DNA from: Myxococcota bacterium
GTDB taxonomy: Bacteria > Myxococcota_A > UBA9160 > UBA4427
Assembly (NCBI GenBank): GCA_965250285.1
Contig: OZ252299.1
Span: 3,475,104 to 3,539,103 of the forward strand
Length of the DNA: 64,000 nt
Direction: 5' to 3'
The translations under genes were made by a program, and so were the position numbers. Numbering within the stretch: position 1 is the first letter of the stretch; every line of letters starts with the position of its first letter. The notes beneath the pieces were generated by a model. That model was given only the letters and a program-made list of their open reading frames with translations, was not told where the DNA came from and made no database searches. Of the stretch, positions 54,818 through 64,000 are shown piece after piece.

Positions 54818-57130
54818 TCAGCCCACCGAGGCGGGGCCGGGGTCACCGGGAGCCGGCTTCGCATCCAGCTCGTAGTAGGCCCCGAGGAACGAGTCGTACT
54901 CGTTGACGCACAGACGCTCGGCGAGATCGGCGGGTGCGGGGGGGACATCGAGCGCCAGCAGGCGGTCGTTGACGGCGGCCGCGTCGCGCATCAGCTCGAG
55001 CGCAAGCACTTCGCCCCATTTTGCCTCGGTGACGCGCTCGGCGAGGGCGCCGAGATCGAAGACGACGGGATACAGCCGTGCACGCAGCACGGAAGAAAGG
55101 GTGAAGCACCAGGTCTCGGGCGTGAGTGAGGGCAGGAGCGCGACGTCGCATCCGCTCTCGGCGATCACGCGTTCGGCCTCTTCGGGCCGGTACCGGCCCG
55201 ACACCTCGACGCCGGCCTCTTCGGCGTCCGCGTCGTTCATCGTGTAACCAACGACCCGAAACCGGATCGGCAGCTTGCGGCGCCGCGCATCTTCGGCGCA
55301 CTCGAGGATCAGCGCGTAGCCCTTCTGCTCCCCGATCGCGCCCGGCACCGCGACCCGGATCGGATCCCCGGGACGGCGGTTCGCCGGCGGCGCATGCGAT
55401 GCCGAGGCCGGCAGCCGCTCCGGATGGGGCCGAATGCTGTACTCGACGTTCGGGAAGTAGCGCGCCATGCGGTCGGCGACGTCCCGGCTCGGACAGATCA
55501 CGCGACGCGCGCCGTCGAGCAGCGGCTGCCAGCTCGGGCGCCAGCGCCACATCGGGTAGTAGCCGTTCGGGCTGCCGAACGACGCGACGCAGCGCTCGCA
55601 CTCGTCGATGTCCGGTTCGCCGCAGTAGTGCCCATCGGGCAGGTTGAAGTGCAGCCGCGGACACACCGGGGCGTAGTCGTGAAGCGTCAGGTCGTAGGCA
55701 CAGCCGAGCCGCTCCGGCAGCGAGCGAATCCAGTCGGTGCCGAAGAGCCCGAACCCCCCCGCGTGATGGACGTGCACATGATCGACCCCGAGCAAACCCA
55801 GCGCCTCGATCAGCTCGTCGCGACTCTGATTCATCGCGATGCGCTCCGAGTTCGGCAGCAGGTGTCGCTTGTTGCGCAGTCGCGGTCCGCGCAGCGTGAC
55901 GGCTGGCGTCGCGTGATCTTCGTAGGGCTGCAGTCGAAAGACGTTCACCCCCTCGGCCTCGAGTGACCGCGTCATCAGGTCGACGTGCTGCTCGACCCCG
56001 CCGCCCCAGTCGTGCACCACCATCAGCACCGTGCGCGCAGGCTTGGCATGTCGCGCCGAGCGCCGAATGCGCGCGGCGTCGAGCCGCAGGCGCGCCGCGA
56101 CCATCGGGTCTCGCGCGATGAAGCGCCCGACATCTCGCTCGTAGTCGGGGTAGCGATCCATCAGCCGCTCGAGCGCCCTGCGCATCTTCTCCTGCTTGGC
56201 GCGGCCGCGCCCGAACGAGACCGAGCCGAAGTGCGTGACGAAGACATCCGCGGCGAGGATGCTCGCAAACCCCGACTCGGCTGCGCGCAGGCAGAACTCG
56301 TTCTCTTCACCGTACCCTGCTGCGTAGGCCGCATCGAAGTCGCCCACCTCGTCGAGGCAATCGCGGCGAATGTACAAGCAGAAGCCGACGCCCGTCGGCA
56401 CGTCGAACGCAAGCCCGGCATTCACCTCGCCCGCGATCGCATCGAGCTCGGCGTGACTCAGCTCGAGCTGATTGGGGTTGTCTTCCATCCAGCGCGGATA
56501 GCTGGCGAGCTCGCCGTTGTTCGTCAGCGGTGTCACCGTGCCGACCCGCTCGCCGCTGGGCGACGTTCGGCTCGCCGCGCGCTGCAGCCGCGCGAGCCAG
56601 TCGCCGTAGACCACCGTGTCGCTGTTCAACAGCACGACGTCGCGATCACCACGCAGCGCCATCCCTCGATTGACCGTCAGCGCGAAGCCGAGGTTTCGCT
56701 CGTTTCGGTGCAGCTCGAAGAGGCCGAGCTCGGCGAGATCGGCCAGCGCCGCACTGAGCTCGGCCTCGGGGCTCGCATCATCGATGACGACCAGGTCGGT
56801 GGTCGGGTCGGCATCGAGCACGCTGTACAGACAGGCGAGCGTCTCGTCGTAGCCCTTGTAGACCGGCACCACGACCGAGGGCGCACCGACGCCCCCGACC
56901 GCCGCGGCACTTCGGCGCGCAGCGAGCGCCTGCCACTCGGTTTCGGCGGGGGCGGTGGGATCTTCGAGGCGTCGATTCAGCAGCTCGTTTCGACGCCACT
57001 CGCGGTAGTTCGGACTCCACGTGAAGAAGCGCCCCGCCCGCCGATAGATCGCCCGCTTGAGCTGGCGCTTTCGCTCGGGGCCGAGCGGAACCAGTCGATA
57101 GAGTCGGTTGATCAGGTAGTGGGGACGCAT
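54818..57130 (-). CDS. bifunctional glycosyltransferase (N-terminal GT2, C-terminal GT4/GT1-like)
   Basis: 770 aa. GT2 core VVVPVYKGYDETLACLYSVL..VVIDDASPE..LLNSDTVV, with a C-terminal half resembling group-1 glycosyltransferases. Confidence 0.8.
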   Translation of the reverse strand: MRPHYLINRLYRLVPLGPERKRQLKRAIYRRAGRFFTWSPNYREWRRNELLNRRLEDPTAPAETEWQALAARRSAAAVGGVGAPSVVVPVYKGYDETLACLYSVLDADPTTDLVVIDDASPEAELSAALADLAELGLFELHRNERNLGFALTVNRGMALRGDRDVVLLNSDTVVYGDWLARLQRAASRTSPSGERVGTVTPLTNNGELASYPRWMEDNPNQLELSHAELDAIAGEVNAGLAFDVPTGVGFCLYIRRDCLDEVGDFDAAYAAGYGEENEFCLRAAESGFASILAADVFVTHFGSVSFGRGRAKQEKMRRALERLMDRYPDYERDVGRFIARDPMVAARLRLDAARIRRSARHAKPARTVLMVVHDWGGGVEQHVDLMTRSLEAEGVNVFRLQPYEDHATPAVTLRGPRLRNKRHLLPNSERIAMNQSRDELIEALGLLGVDHVHVHHAGGFGLFGTDWIRSLPERLGCAYDLTLHDYAPVCPRLHFNLPDGHYCGEPDIDECERCVASFGSPNGYYPMWRWRPSWQPLLDGARRVICPSRDVADRMARYFPNVEYSIRPHPERLPASASHAPPANRRPGDPIRVAVPGAIGEQKGYALILECAEDARRRKLPIRFRVVGYTMNDADAEEAGVEVSGRYRPEEAERVIAESGCDVALLPSLTPETWCFTLSSVLRARLYPVVFDLGALAERVTEAKWGEVLALELMRDAAAVNDRLLALDVPPAPADLAERLCVNEYDSFLGAYYELDAKPAPGDPGPASVG

Positions 57131-57226
57131 CGAACCTGGGGCGGTGGGGTGGCCGGGATCGCGCGCGATGGCGCTCCGAGAGCGTAATCGATCGCGGCCC
57201 GCCCCGTCGCCCGGTGCGGGCCGCCG

Positions 57227-59407
57227 CTAGAAGCGGAAGGTCCAGACGAGCTTGACGGCCTGCTCACCGCGCGCGGGGTCGAAGGTGCCTCGCTCCTGCT
57301 CGTCCCAATCCTGTGAGACGACGATCCAGAGGTCGTTGCCCGGGTTGACCTGCCAGCGAAAGATGCTCGAGAAGCGCAGTACGCGCGTCGAGCGCTCGTA
57401 CTGTGCCGTGTTCGTCCAGCTGACTTCGGGCGTGAAGGCGAAGTTGACGTTGAGGCGCATCAGGCGTTTCACGAAGTCGCCCTCGGGCAGGTTGCCGTCG
57501 TCCTGCTCGTACTCGAACTCGAAGAACGCATACTTCGTGGGACGCAGCGCGATCGTCCCGATCAGCTGCAGCATGTCGCCCGAGAAGAAGCTGCCCCAGA
57601 TGACCTCGGCGGCGACGCTCACCGGTCGCGCGTTGGCTGTGTCGAAGAGGACGCTGTATCGATTGAAGCGGTAGTCGCCGAGCGGGATGACGACGCCCGG
57701 ATCGATCTCGAAGGGCTGGCGCAGCAACCGCTCATCGTTGTACGAGTACGAGAAGCGAAGCCCGTCGCCGAGCTGATTACGCAGCTCGAGCGGCACCCAG
57801 GTGACGCGCACCGTCTCGAGCTGCTGCTGACGGTCGGTGACGACGAGCCCGGTGACCGACGTGTCGATCGTGCGCAGGTATCCGCCCGGGCGCCAGCGAC
57901 GTCGCCCGAAGGCGTCGTACTGCTGGATCCCGCGGCGAATCACGAAGCCGAGGCGGGGATCGAAATCCTGGCCGATCTGGGTGTACGCCAGCCTGCCGTT
58001 CCAGCGATCGTTTGGATACTCGAGCGAGACGCCGCCCGCCTGCACGTCGTCGCCGCCCTCGTTCGAGAAGGTGCGCATGTAGTAGGCGTTGCTGGTGAAG
58101 ATCTGGCCGTTGCCGATGTCGCTGTTGTAGTACTGAAAGTCAGCGCCCACGAGACCATTCTTCGTCTCGTCGCTGGGGTCGCCCCAGGTGCCGATCACGC
58201 CGATGGCCGACTCCTCGAGCACTCTGTACTGCGCGCGCCCCACGACGAGCTGAGTTCGGTCGATGCCTTCCTGGGCCGGCTGCGTCACGCCGAGACCGCC
58301 GAATGTGAGACGCCCGAGGCGCCCGGTCACCTTCGAACCGCCGCCGATCTCGAGGGGCTGCTCGTTCAGCCGGCCGATGCGGCGCGAGAAGAAGGGCTGG
58401 CCGTTGCCGCGAAGCCCGCCGAACTCGAAGATGCCCGCATCCTGCAAGAAGAAGTCGCGACGCTCGGGCAGGCTCGGGGGGAACCGCGTGAGGATCGTGC
58501 GCAGGTCGTCGGGCGGCGCTTCGATGAAGTTGGTGTTCATCGTGCCGAGGACCACGACCGACGGATAGACCTTCATCGCGACGTCGCCGGCTGGCTCGAC
58601 GATCGACTGGCTCTCGGCCGAGGTGAGGTCGGGATCATCGATCGGCCAGGTGCGGTCGTGGCCGAGCGCGAGGCTCGGCTTCACGTCGATACCGGTCGCC
58701 TGCACGTCGCGAATGCCGTCGATCACGCCGATGCCGGCGACGTCGACGATGCTGCGATTCTGTCCCGGGTTGGCCCAGCGATCCTTCTCGTTCTTGCGCC
58801 GGATGATCCGCTCGGCCTCGAAGCCCCACTTCGCACTCTCGGCCGACATCGAAACGGTCTGAAACGGGATCGCGAACTCGGCGGTCCAGCCGAGCTCGTC
58901 GACGTGGGCCTCGGCGTACCAGATGCCGTTCCAGTCGCGCCGAAAGACCGAGTTGTTCTCGATCAGGGCGTCGCTGCGCGTGCCAACGGGGTTGATCTGA
59001 AAGAAGTAGGCGTTGCGGTGATCGAAGAACGTGTCGAAGACGAGGTTGATGCGATCGTCCGACGTCATGTCGCCATCGAGCACCATCTGCTTCGCGATCA
59101 GCTTCTGCGGATCGGTGTCGTACATTCGAACGCCGACGTAGATGTAGTGATCGTCGAACCCGATGCGCATGTCGGTCGGCTCGGTGGGCACCGCCCCCTG
59201 CAGCGGCTCGCTCTGCACCATGGGCCCCATCGGCGGCAGCTCGCGCCAGATGGCCTCGTCGAGCCGCCCGTCGATCTCGGGAGGCACCGAGACACGCTCG
59301 AGGATCGCCGTGCGAGGGCCGATCGACTGCGCCGATGCACCGGTCGCTGCGAGAGCGACCCAGCTCGCGACGAGCGCGAGGCGGCGAAGCAGCAAACCGG
59401 CGGGCAT
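57227..59407 (-). CDS. CBM9-like + DUF5916 family outer-envelope protein
   Basis: Signal peptide, then PPEIDGRLDEAIWRELPP..IGFDDHYIYVGVRMYD (CBM9-like), a long beta-rich C-terminal region, and a terminal ..WTFRF. Confidence 0.7.
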   Translation of the reverse strand: MPAGLLLRRLALVASWVALAATGASAQSIGPRTAILERVSVPPEIDGRLDEAIWRELPPMGPMVQSEPLQGAVPTEPTDMRIGFDDHYIYVGVRMYDTDPQKLIAKQMVLDGDMTSDDRINLVFDTFFDHRNAYFFQINPVGTRSDALIENNSVFRRDWNGIWYAEAHVDELGWTAEFAIPFQTVSMSAESAKWGFEAERIIRRKNEKDRWANPGQNRSIVDVAGIGVIDGIRDVQATGIDVKPSLALGHDRTWPIDDPDLTSAESQSIVEPAGDVAMKVYPSVVVLGTMNTNFIEAPPDDLRTILTRFPPSLPERRDFFLQDAGIFEFGGLRGNGQPFFSRRIGRLNEQPLEIGGGSKVTGRLGRLTFGGLGVTQPAQEGIDRTQLVVGRAQYRVLEESAIGVIGTWGDPSDETKNGLVGADFQYYNSDIGNGQIFTSNAYYMRTFSNEGGDDVQAGGVSLEYPNDRWNGRLAYTQIGQDFDPRLGFVIRRGIQQYDAFGRRRWRPGGYLRTIDTSVTGLVVTDRQQQLETVRVTWVPLELRNQLGDGLRFSYSYNDERLLRQPFEIDPGVVIPLGDYRFNRYSVLFDTANARPVSVAAEVIWGSFFSGDMLQLIGTIALRPTKYAFFEFEYEQDDGNLPEGDFVKRLMRLNVNFAFTPEVSWTNTAQYERSTRVLRFSSIFRWQVNPGNDLWIVVSQDWDEQERGTFDPARGEQAVKLVWTFRF

Positions 59408-59508
59408 CGCGGGATCGAATCATCGCCGCGCGTCCCGGTCAAGCGACCCAGGCCCGAGCGTTCAGCCGGGGGAAGCGGTGCGAGCAGCGCCCGTCGCCGC
59501 TTTGGCGC

Positions 59509-60537
59509 TCACCAGATTCTCCACCAGGGGCGCGAGGGCGGTTCGGCCGCCAGACACTTCGGGTGCAACAGCCGCAGGGCGAAGGCACCGTATCGCTTGC
59601 GCGCGGCGCCGCAGGCGCCGGGGTCGACCGGGCAGGTCAGATCCGTGCCCATCGCCTGCGATAGCTCGGCGATGCGCGCGTCGACCATCGCTTCGATCTC
59701 GGGGGTTCGGTAGCTGCAGCAGTTCACGGCCTCGTCCCAGACCGGCGTGACATAGTCATCGAGATCGAAGCCGCGCACGACGCGAAACCTGCGCTCGCCG
59801 AAGAGCCCGAGGCGGCGACCACACTTCACATAGGGCCGGGCGCGTCGGCTGCGCTTCGCCAACGGGTCGGCGCCCTCCCCCACGAGCCGCGACCAGAAGC
59901 GCAGGCCCTCGAAGTTCGCCACGAGGTCGGCGTACGAGCGAACGCCCGTGGTATAGCGACCGAAGTACGTGTCCTCGGTGTCCTCGCCCCAGGTCATCGC
60001 GGCATCGACGCCTTCGCCGTCGAGCTGCGACCGCTCGAAGTAGGCCCAGCCCTCGACGACGAAGTGCCCGATCTTGTCGACACCCATCACGGTATCGCCG
60101 ACGCGCACGACGCTGCTGAGATCCTTCCAGTGCAGGCTCACGCCGTCGAGCAGACCGAGGTCGCGATAGATCGAGTCGCTGCGCAGCACGCGGCGCCGAT
60201 CGAGGGTCTCGTCGGCATCGAGCGACTCGGTGATCGAGTGCCCGATGAAGGGCCAGGCGAAGGCGTCGCGCAGCGCGCTGCGAAGCGCGGCCACGTCGCA
60301 GACGCTCCCCGACTCGTTGGCTTGGTCGACCGCTTCCTGCAGCGCGGCGTCGAAACGCCGCTCGATGCCGCGCCGGGCATCGCGCAGCGGCTCATCGCGC
60401 CGCGTCACGCCGTCGATCTCGGCCGCCGCAACCGCCCCGCCCGCGCACACCACGAATGCGAGGACGAACCATGCGGCCAGGCCCCCTGACCGCCTGCGGC
60501 GTCTCTCGAGTGTCGGAGCCGATCCCATCTCGGACAT
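59509..60537 (-). CDS. hypothetical exported protein
   Basis: The internal start MSEMGSAP.. is followed by a TM/signal segment (LAAWFVLAFVVCAGGAVAAA). No family recognised; start uncertain. Confidence 0.5.
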   Translation of the reverse strand: MSEMGSAPTLERRRRRSGGLAAWFVLAFVVCAGGAVAAAEIDGVTRRDEPLRDARRGIERRFDAALQEAVDQANESGSVCDVAALRSALRDAFAWPFIGHSITESLDADETLDRRRVLRSDSIYRDLGLLDGVSLHWKDLSSVVRVGDTVMGVDKIGHFVVEGWAYFERSQLDGEGVDAAMTWGEDTEDTYFGRYTTGVRSYADLVANFEGLRFWSRLVGEGADPLAKRSRRARPYVKCGRRLGLFGERRFRVVRGFDLDDYVTPVWDEAVNCCSYRTPEIEAMVDARIAELSQAMGTDLTCPVDPGACGAARKRYGAFALRLLHPKCLAAEPPSRPWWRIW

Positions 60538-60625
60538 TCTAGGCGAGCGCCCGGCCCGCCTGACGGCCGGGCATCGAACCCGGTACGCTGCGGCCGACGT
60601 GCCCCTCCCACCCCGAGGTCCCGAC

Positions 60626-61417
60626 ATGCTCGAGCTCTACCACAACGCGTTCTCCAGCTGCTCGCAAAAAGTGAGGATCGTCCTCGGCGAGAAAGGCCTC
60701 GAGTGGAAGAGCCACGAGATCGACCTGATGGGCGGCGGTCAGCACGACCCCGACTACGTGAAGCTGAACCCGAACCACGTCGTGCCGACACTCGTCCACG
60801 AGGGTCGTGTGCTGACCGAGTCGACGCTGATCAATGAGTACCTCGACGACGCGTTCCCGACCCCGTCGATGCGACCCGACGATCCGGTGGCCCGTCACGC
60901 GATGCGCCTGTTCGTGAAGCACGTCGACGAGGGCGTCCACCCCGCGGCCGGCGTGCTCACCTACGGCATCGCGACGCGTCCGATGGTGATGGCCCGCCCC
61001 CCCGAAGAACGCGCAGCAGCCTGGGAGAACATCCCCGACCCCGCGAGACGCGCAGCGCGCAAGAGCGTGGTCGAGCACGGCGTCGCAGCGCCCGAGATGC
61101 GCGGCGGGATCGCGTCGTTCATCGGCATGCTCGACGAGATGGAGAAGCGCCTCGCCGACTCGACGTGGATCGCGGGCGACGCGTTCAGCCTCGCCGACGC
61201 CGCGGCCCTGCCCTACGTGCTCCGGCTCGAGCACCTCGCGCTCGGCGATCTCATCGCGGCGAGGCCCCGGGCCGCCGACTGGTTCGCGCGCATCCAGCAG
61301 CTCGACTCGTACCCGGCGATGATCACCGATCTTCTCCCCGAGCCGATCGTGGCGCTCTTCCGAAAGAACGCCGAAGACGTGAAGGGCGAGCTCGACGCGC
61401 TGATCGCGTCGCTCTGA
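60626..61417 (+). CDS. glutathione S-transferase family protein
   Basis: MLELYHNAFSSCSQKVRIVLGEKGLEW..NPNHVVPTLVHEGRVLTESTLINEYLDD is a thioredoxin-like GST N-domain. Confidence 0.85.
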   Translation: MLELYHNAFSSCSQKVRIVLGEKGLEWKSHEIDLMGGGQHDPDYVKLNPNHVVPTLVHEGRVLTESTLINEYLDDAFPTPSMRPDDPVARHAMRLFVKHVDEGVHPAAGVLTYGIATRPMVMARPPEERAAAWENIPDPARRAARKSVVEHGVAAPEMRGGIASFIGMLDEMEKRLADSTWIAGDAFSLADAAALPYVLRLEHLALGDLIAARPRAADWFARIQQLDSYPAMITDLLPEPIVALFRKNAEDVKGELDALIASL

Positions 61418-61438
61418 ATCGACCCGCGCCGGACGTCT

Positions 61439-62458
61439 TCAGGAGCGACCGCTCGGCGGCCAGGGCACCCAGACCGAGGTGCGCTGCTGGTAGGCGCGGT
61501 AGTCGGCCTCCCGCTCGGGCACCGCGAGCATCCGGCGCTCGGTCATCACCGTCACACCGGCGAGCACCGCCGAGTTGAACGCCGTGCCGATCACCACCCA
61601 GGGCTGTCCGCACATCACGCCGAAGCCCGCGATCGACCACCAGAAGAGCTGCTCGCCGAAGTAGTTCGGGTGCCGCGACCATCGCCAGATGCCGACGTCG
61701 AGCAGGCGCACGGGCGCTTCGCCCGCCGCGCGCCGCGTTTCGTTCGCCCGCATGAAGCGATCGAGCGTGCCGTCGGCCGCGTGCGCGACGCCGATGCCGG
61801 CGAGCGCCGAGGCGAAGAGCATTCCGTCGGCCGGGCCGAAAGGCACGTCGAAGAACGACAGCGCCCAGAATGGCAGTGACAGACCGACGAGCATCGCGTG
61901 CTGGGCGAGGTGCACGACGAAGAGCTGCTCCCACCAGAAGCCCGGTCGCTCGCGCCGCATCTTGGCGTAGCGCCAGTCTTCGCGCAGACCGAATCGCCAG
62001 CCCTCGCGGCGAAAGTAGTTCCAGGTGAGGCGCGTGCTCCAGATACCGAGCGCGAGCCACGCGAGCGCGAGGCGGGCCGCGTCGAAGTCGGCCAGCGGAT
62101 GCGTCGCAAAGAAGAGCGCGATGAGCGGCGGCAGCAGCGTCCAGTATGGGTCGATCAGCCAGCTGCTCCGCTGCACGAGCGCGATCGCGAAGAACGCAGC
62201 GTCGAAGAAGAGCAGCACCATCAAGTTGATGCTCGCGATCGGGTGGTGCAGCAGCCACGCCGCGAGCGCGTCGGCATCGCCGACGTCGGCCCAGGCGGGG
62301 GCGGGGGGAATCGCGCCTTCCGGGAACCAGTGAAAGAGCACCCAGGCCGCGACGACGGGCGGCACGGGCACGATCGCTGCGATCGCGGCGTTGCGCAGGT
62401 TGTCTGGGCCGAGACGGGGCCACTGCGCCGTGTCGGGTAGGCCGATCTCCACGGTCAT
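61439..62458 (-). CDS. DUF1295 / steroid 5-alpha-reductase-like membrane protein
   Basis: ATG 62458 lies 7 nt after GGAGG. Multi-TM, with the C-terminal motif WRWSRHPNYFGEQLFWW. Confidence 0.75.
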   Translation of the reverse strand: MTVEIGLPDTAQWPRLGPDNLRNAAIAAIVPVPPVVAAWVLFHWFPEGAIPPAPAWADVGDADALAAWLLHHPIASINLMVLLFFDAAFFAIALVQRSSWLIDPYWTLLPPLIALFFATHPLADFDAARLALAWLALGIWSTRLTWNYFRREGWRFGLREDWRYAKMRRERPGFWWEQLFVVHLAQHAMLVGLSLPFWALSFFDVPFGPADGMLFASALAGIGVAHAADGTLDRFMRANETRRAAGEAPVRLLDVGIWRWSRHPNYFGEQLFWWSIAGFGVMCGQPWVVIGTAFNSAVLAGVTVMTERRMLAVPEREADYRAYQQRTSVWVPWPPSGRS

Positions 62459-62561
62459 ACGATGGCACCTCCACGCACCGATCTCCATGCGCGCGGGCCA
62501 AACGACGACGGCCGGCACCCCGCTCGGGTACCGGCCGCCTCGGATCACTCGTGCACCGACG

Positions 62562-63716
62562 CTAGGGCAACGGGATGAAGTCCTCGACGAGGTCTTCCCA
62601 GGTGCCGAGTGAAGGATCGACGAGACCCGACGACCACTCGTCGAGCGTCACGCCATCGATCGTCTGCGAGTAGAAGAGCGGGCTCTGCACCGCGGTGTGC
62701 GAATCGTCGCCGCTCTTGATGAACCGCTTGTAGCGGTTCGGGTGGTTGGCCTGCAGCTCGCCCGACTGCTCGAGGATCAGATCTCGGTACGCCTCCTGTG
62801 TCGGAACGTTCAGGAAGAACCGGTTCGTGGCGTCACCGTCGGTCTCGTACCACGCCTCGCGAATCGAGCGATCGCGCTCGAGGCGCCAGTCGATCACGGC
62901 CGTCGCCTTGCCGAACGCGCTGCACTCTTCGCAGCTCTTCGGGTAGAACTGGCCGAACTGCCAGTCTTCGGCGCGGGCGGCGATCGCATCGACCTCGTCG
63001 AGGTTGACCGTGACCGGCCCCGCATCATTCAGCACGGAGAGGTCGGCCCGGTTGCCCCAGAGGAAGCGAGCGAGGAAGGGCGCGAAGCCGTCGACGCCGA
63101 CGCCACCGGCGCTCGAGCCCGACAGCGTGATGTTCTTCGCGTGGGGATAGAGCGACTTGGCGACGTCCATTGCCGCCGACTGGTTGCGCAGGCCGCGGTG
63201 GAAGCGAACCGGACCGAACGGGAAGTTCGGATCGACCACTTCGTTGTCGCCCGAGAAGACCGAGCCGTCGCAGTACGGCATGTAGACGATCGAGTAGTCG
63301 GCGAACGGGTTGTCGGGGTTGTCGAAGTCGTAGATACCGACGGGCGGTGCGGGCGGCTCCTGGTCTTCAGACAGCACATTGCAGAAGTAGAAATCCTGCC
63401 AGCAGGCGCCGCCGCCCTGCTGGAAGATCAGCAGCTTCTCGGGGTCGCCGTCGCGGGTGAACGCCGAGAACGGCGTGCCGGCGATGCAGATCGGACCCTC
63501 GCCGCCGTCGGGGTCGAAGGTGTGCTTGGTCCAACCGTCTTCGATCTCGGTTGAAGACGCCGGCGTATACTCGCCGAGATACTTGTTGACGCCCGCAGCC
63601 TTGAGCTCGAGCTTGGCGAAGAAGTCGAGGCCCTTGCAGCGCGCGCCTGTGAACAACAGCGCGACGAACACGAGCGTCAGTACGAGAAAAGTGCGATGGC
63701 CGGGCTTGCGAGTCAC
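62562..63716 (-). CDS. pectin acetylesterase (PAE/Notum-like) family protein
   Basis: Signal peptide, then LLIFQQGGGACW, YMPYCDGSVFSGDN and LSGSSAGG. Confidence 0.72.
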   Translation of the reverse strand: MTRKPGHRTFLVLTLVFVALLFTGARCKGLDFFAKLELKAAGVNKYLGEYTPASSTEIEDGWTKHTFDPDGGEGPICIAGTPFSAFTRDGDPEKLLIFQQGGGACWQDFYFCNVLSEDQEPPAPPVGIYDFDNPDNPFADYSIVYMPYCDGSVFSGDNEVVDPNFPFGPVRFHRGLRNQSAAMDVAKSLYPHAKNITLSGSSAGGVGVDGFAPFLARFLWGNRADLSVLNDAGPVTVNLDEVDAIAARAEDWQFGQFYPKSCEECSAFGKATAVIDWRLERDRSIREAWYETDGDATNRFFLNVPTQEAYRDLILEQSGELQANHPNRYKRFIKSGDDSHTAVQSPLFYSQTIDGVTLDEWSSGLVDPSLGTWEDLVEDFIPLP

Positions 63717-64000
63717 GGGACCCTCCTCCTGTGGCAGCCTGATAATCGAACTCGCACCCTCTCATCGATGTTGTGGCGGTGTCAATGCGAAAGCTGCGCC
63801 TTCGTGCGCCCGACTGAGCTGCCCGCCCACCCCAGGCTGAACGGGTGCGAATCGCCTCGGACAGATCGGAACGGGCAGCGATCGCGGAGCCTTGGGACGC
63901 TGCGACTTCGAGTCATGTACGAACCGCCCGCACGCCGTTGCGCCGGCGCGGAGTGGTAGCGTTGGCGATCCGCCGGCCCCGGTGAAGGAGGATCCACCCC

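Overview
This is 64 kb of very GC-rich bacterial chromosome (roughly 68-70% GC by eye), gene-dense on both strands. At this GC content almost every frame is open, so many long ORFs in the track are antisense or out-of-frame shadows (R/A/G/P-rich translations opposite clearly conserved genes). I kept about 55 CDS supported by family motifs I recognise plus start, RBS or overlap context. I also call 2 tRNAs, 1 internally stopped gene, a sigma-54 promoter, 1 terminator and 5 intergenic tandem-repeat arrays. All family calls rest on motif recall; no database search was possible.

Content in order:
- tesB (partial), then a sigma-54-driven amtB-glnK pair.
- Qor-like reductase, TraB/GumN lipoprotein and a gamma-CA-like protein.
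- Acyl-CoA ligase with a TetR regulator, divergent from a MaoC dehydratase.
- GNAT, an FHA-GAF-adenylate/guanylate cyclase and argD.
- An SGNH hydrolase with an in-frame TGA, a crotonase and a class I DAHP synthase.
- A SirB1-like protein, then two tandem paralogous secreted FN3/Ig + FG-GAP propeller proteins.
- A 740-bp non-coding stretch of lower GC, then divergent tRNA-Arg(UCU) and tRNA-His(GUG) and an orphan XRE regulator.
- C69 peptidase, then a carotenoid-cleavage-oxygenase/EamA/SnoaL-like/SDR operon.
- A complete, translationally coupled ccoNOQP-ccoGHIS cluster plus a DsbD_2-like membrane protein with a His-rich tail.
- Metallophosphoesterase, a DUF218 protein, and a same-strand BVMO / LLM / CYP153-like P450 / second P450 / ribokinase / nucleoside hydrolase row.
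- An envelope-glycan group (SGNH hydrolase, GT2-GT4 fusion, CBM9/DUF5916), then GST, DUF1295 and a pectin-acetylesterase-like protein.

I found no mobile elements, CRISPR arrays, integrases or recognisable defence genes. The points most worth a second look are:
- the nucleoside hydrolase-ribokinase-P450 coupling, with no redox partner genes in the window;
- the cluster of perfect intergenic tandem arrays between 8.8 and 21.6 kb, especially the 78-bp x 3.6 array between the two FG-GAP paralogs;
- the single in-frame TGA splitting an otherwise intact SGNH hydrolase.
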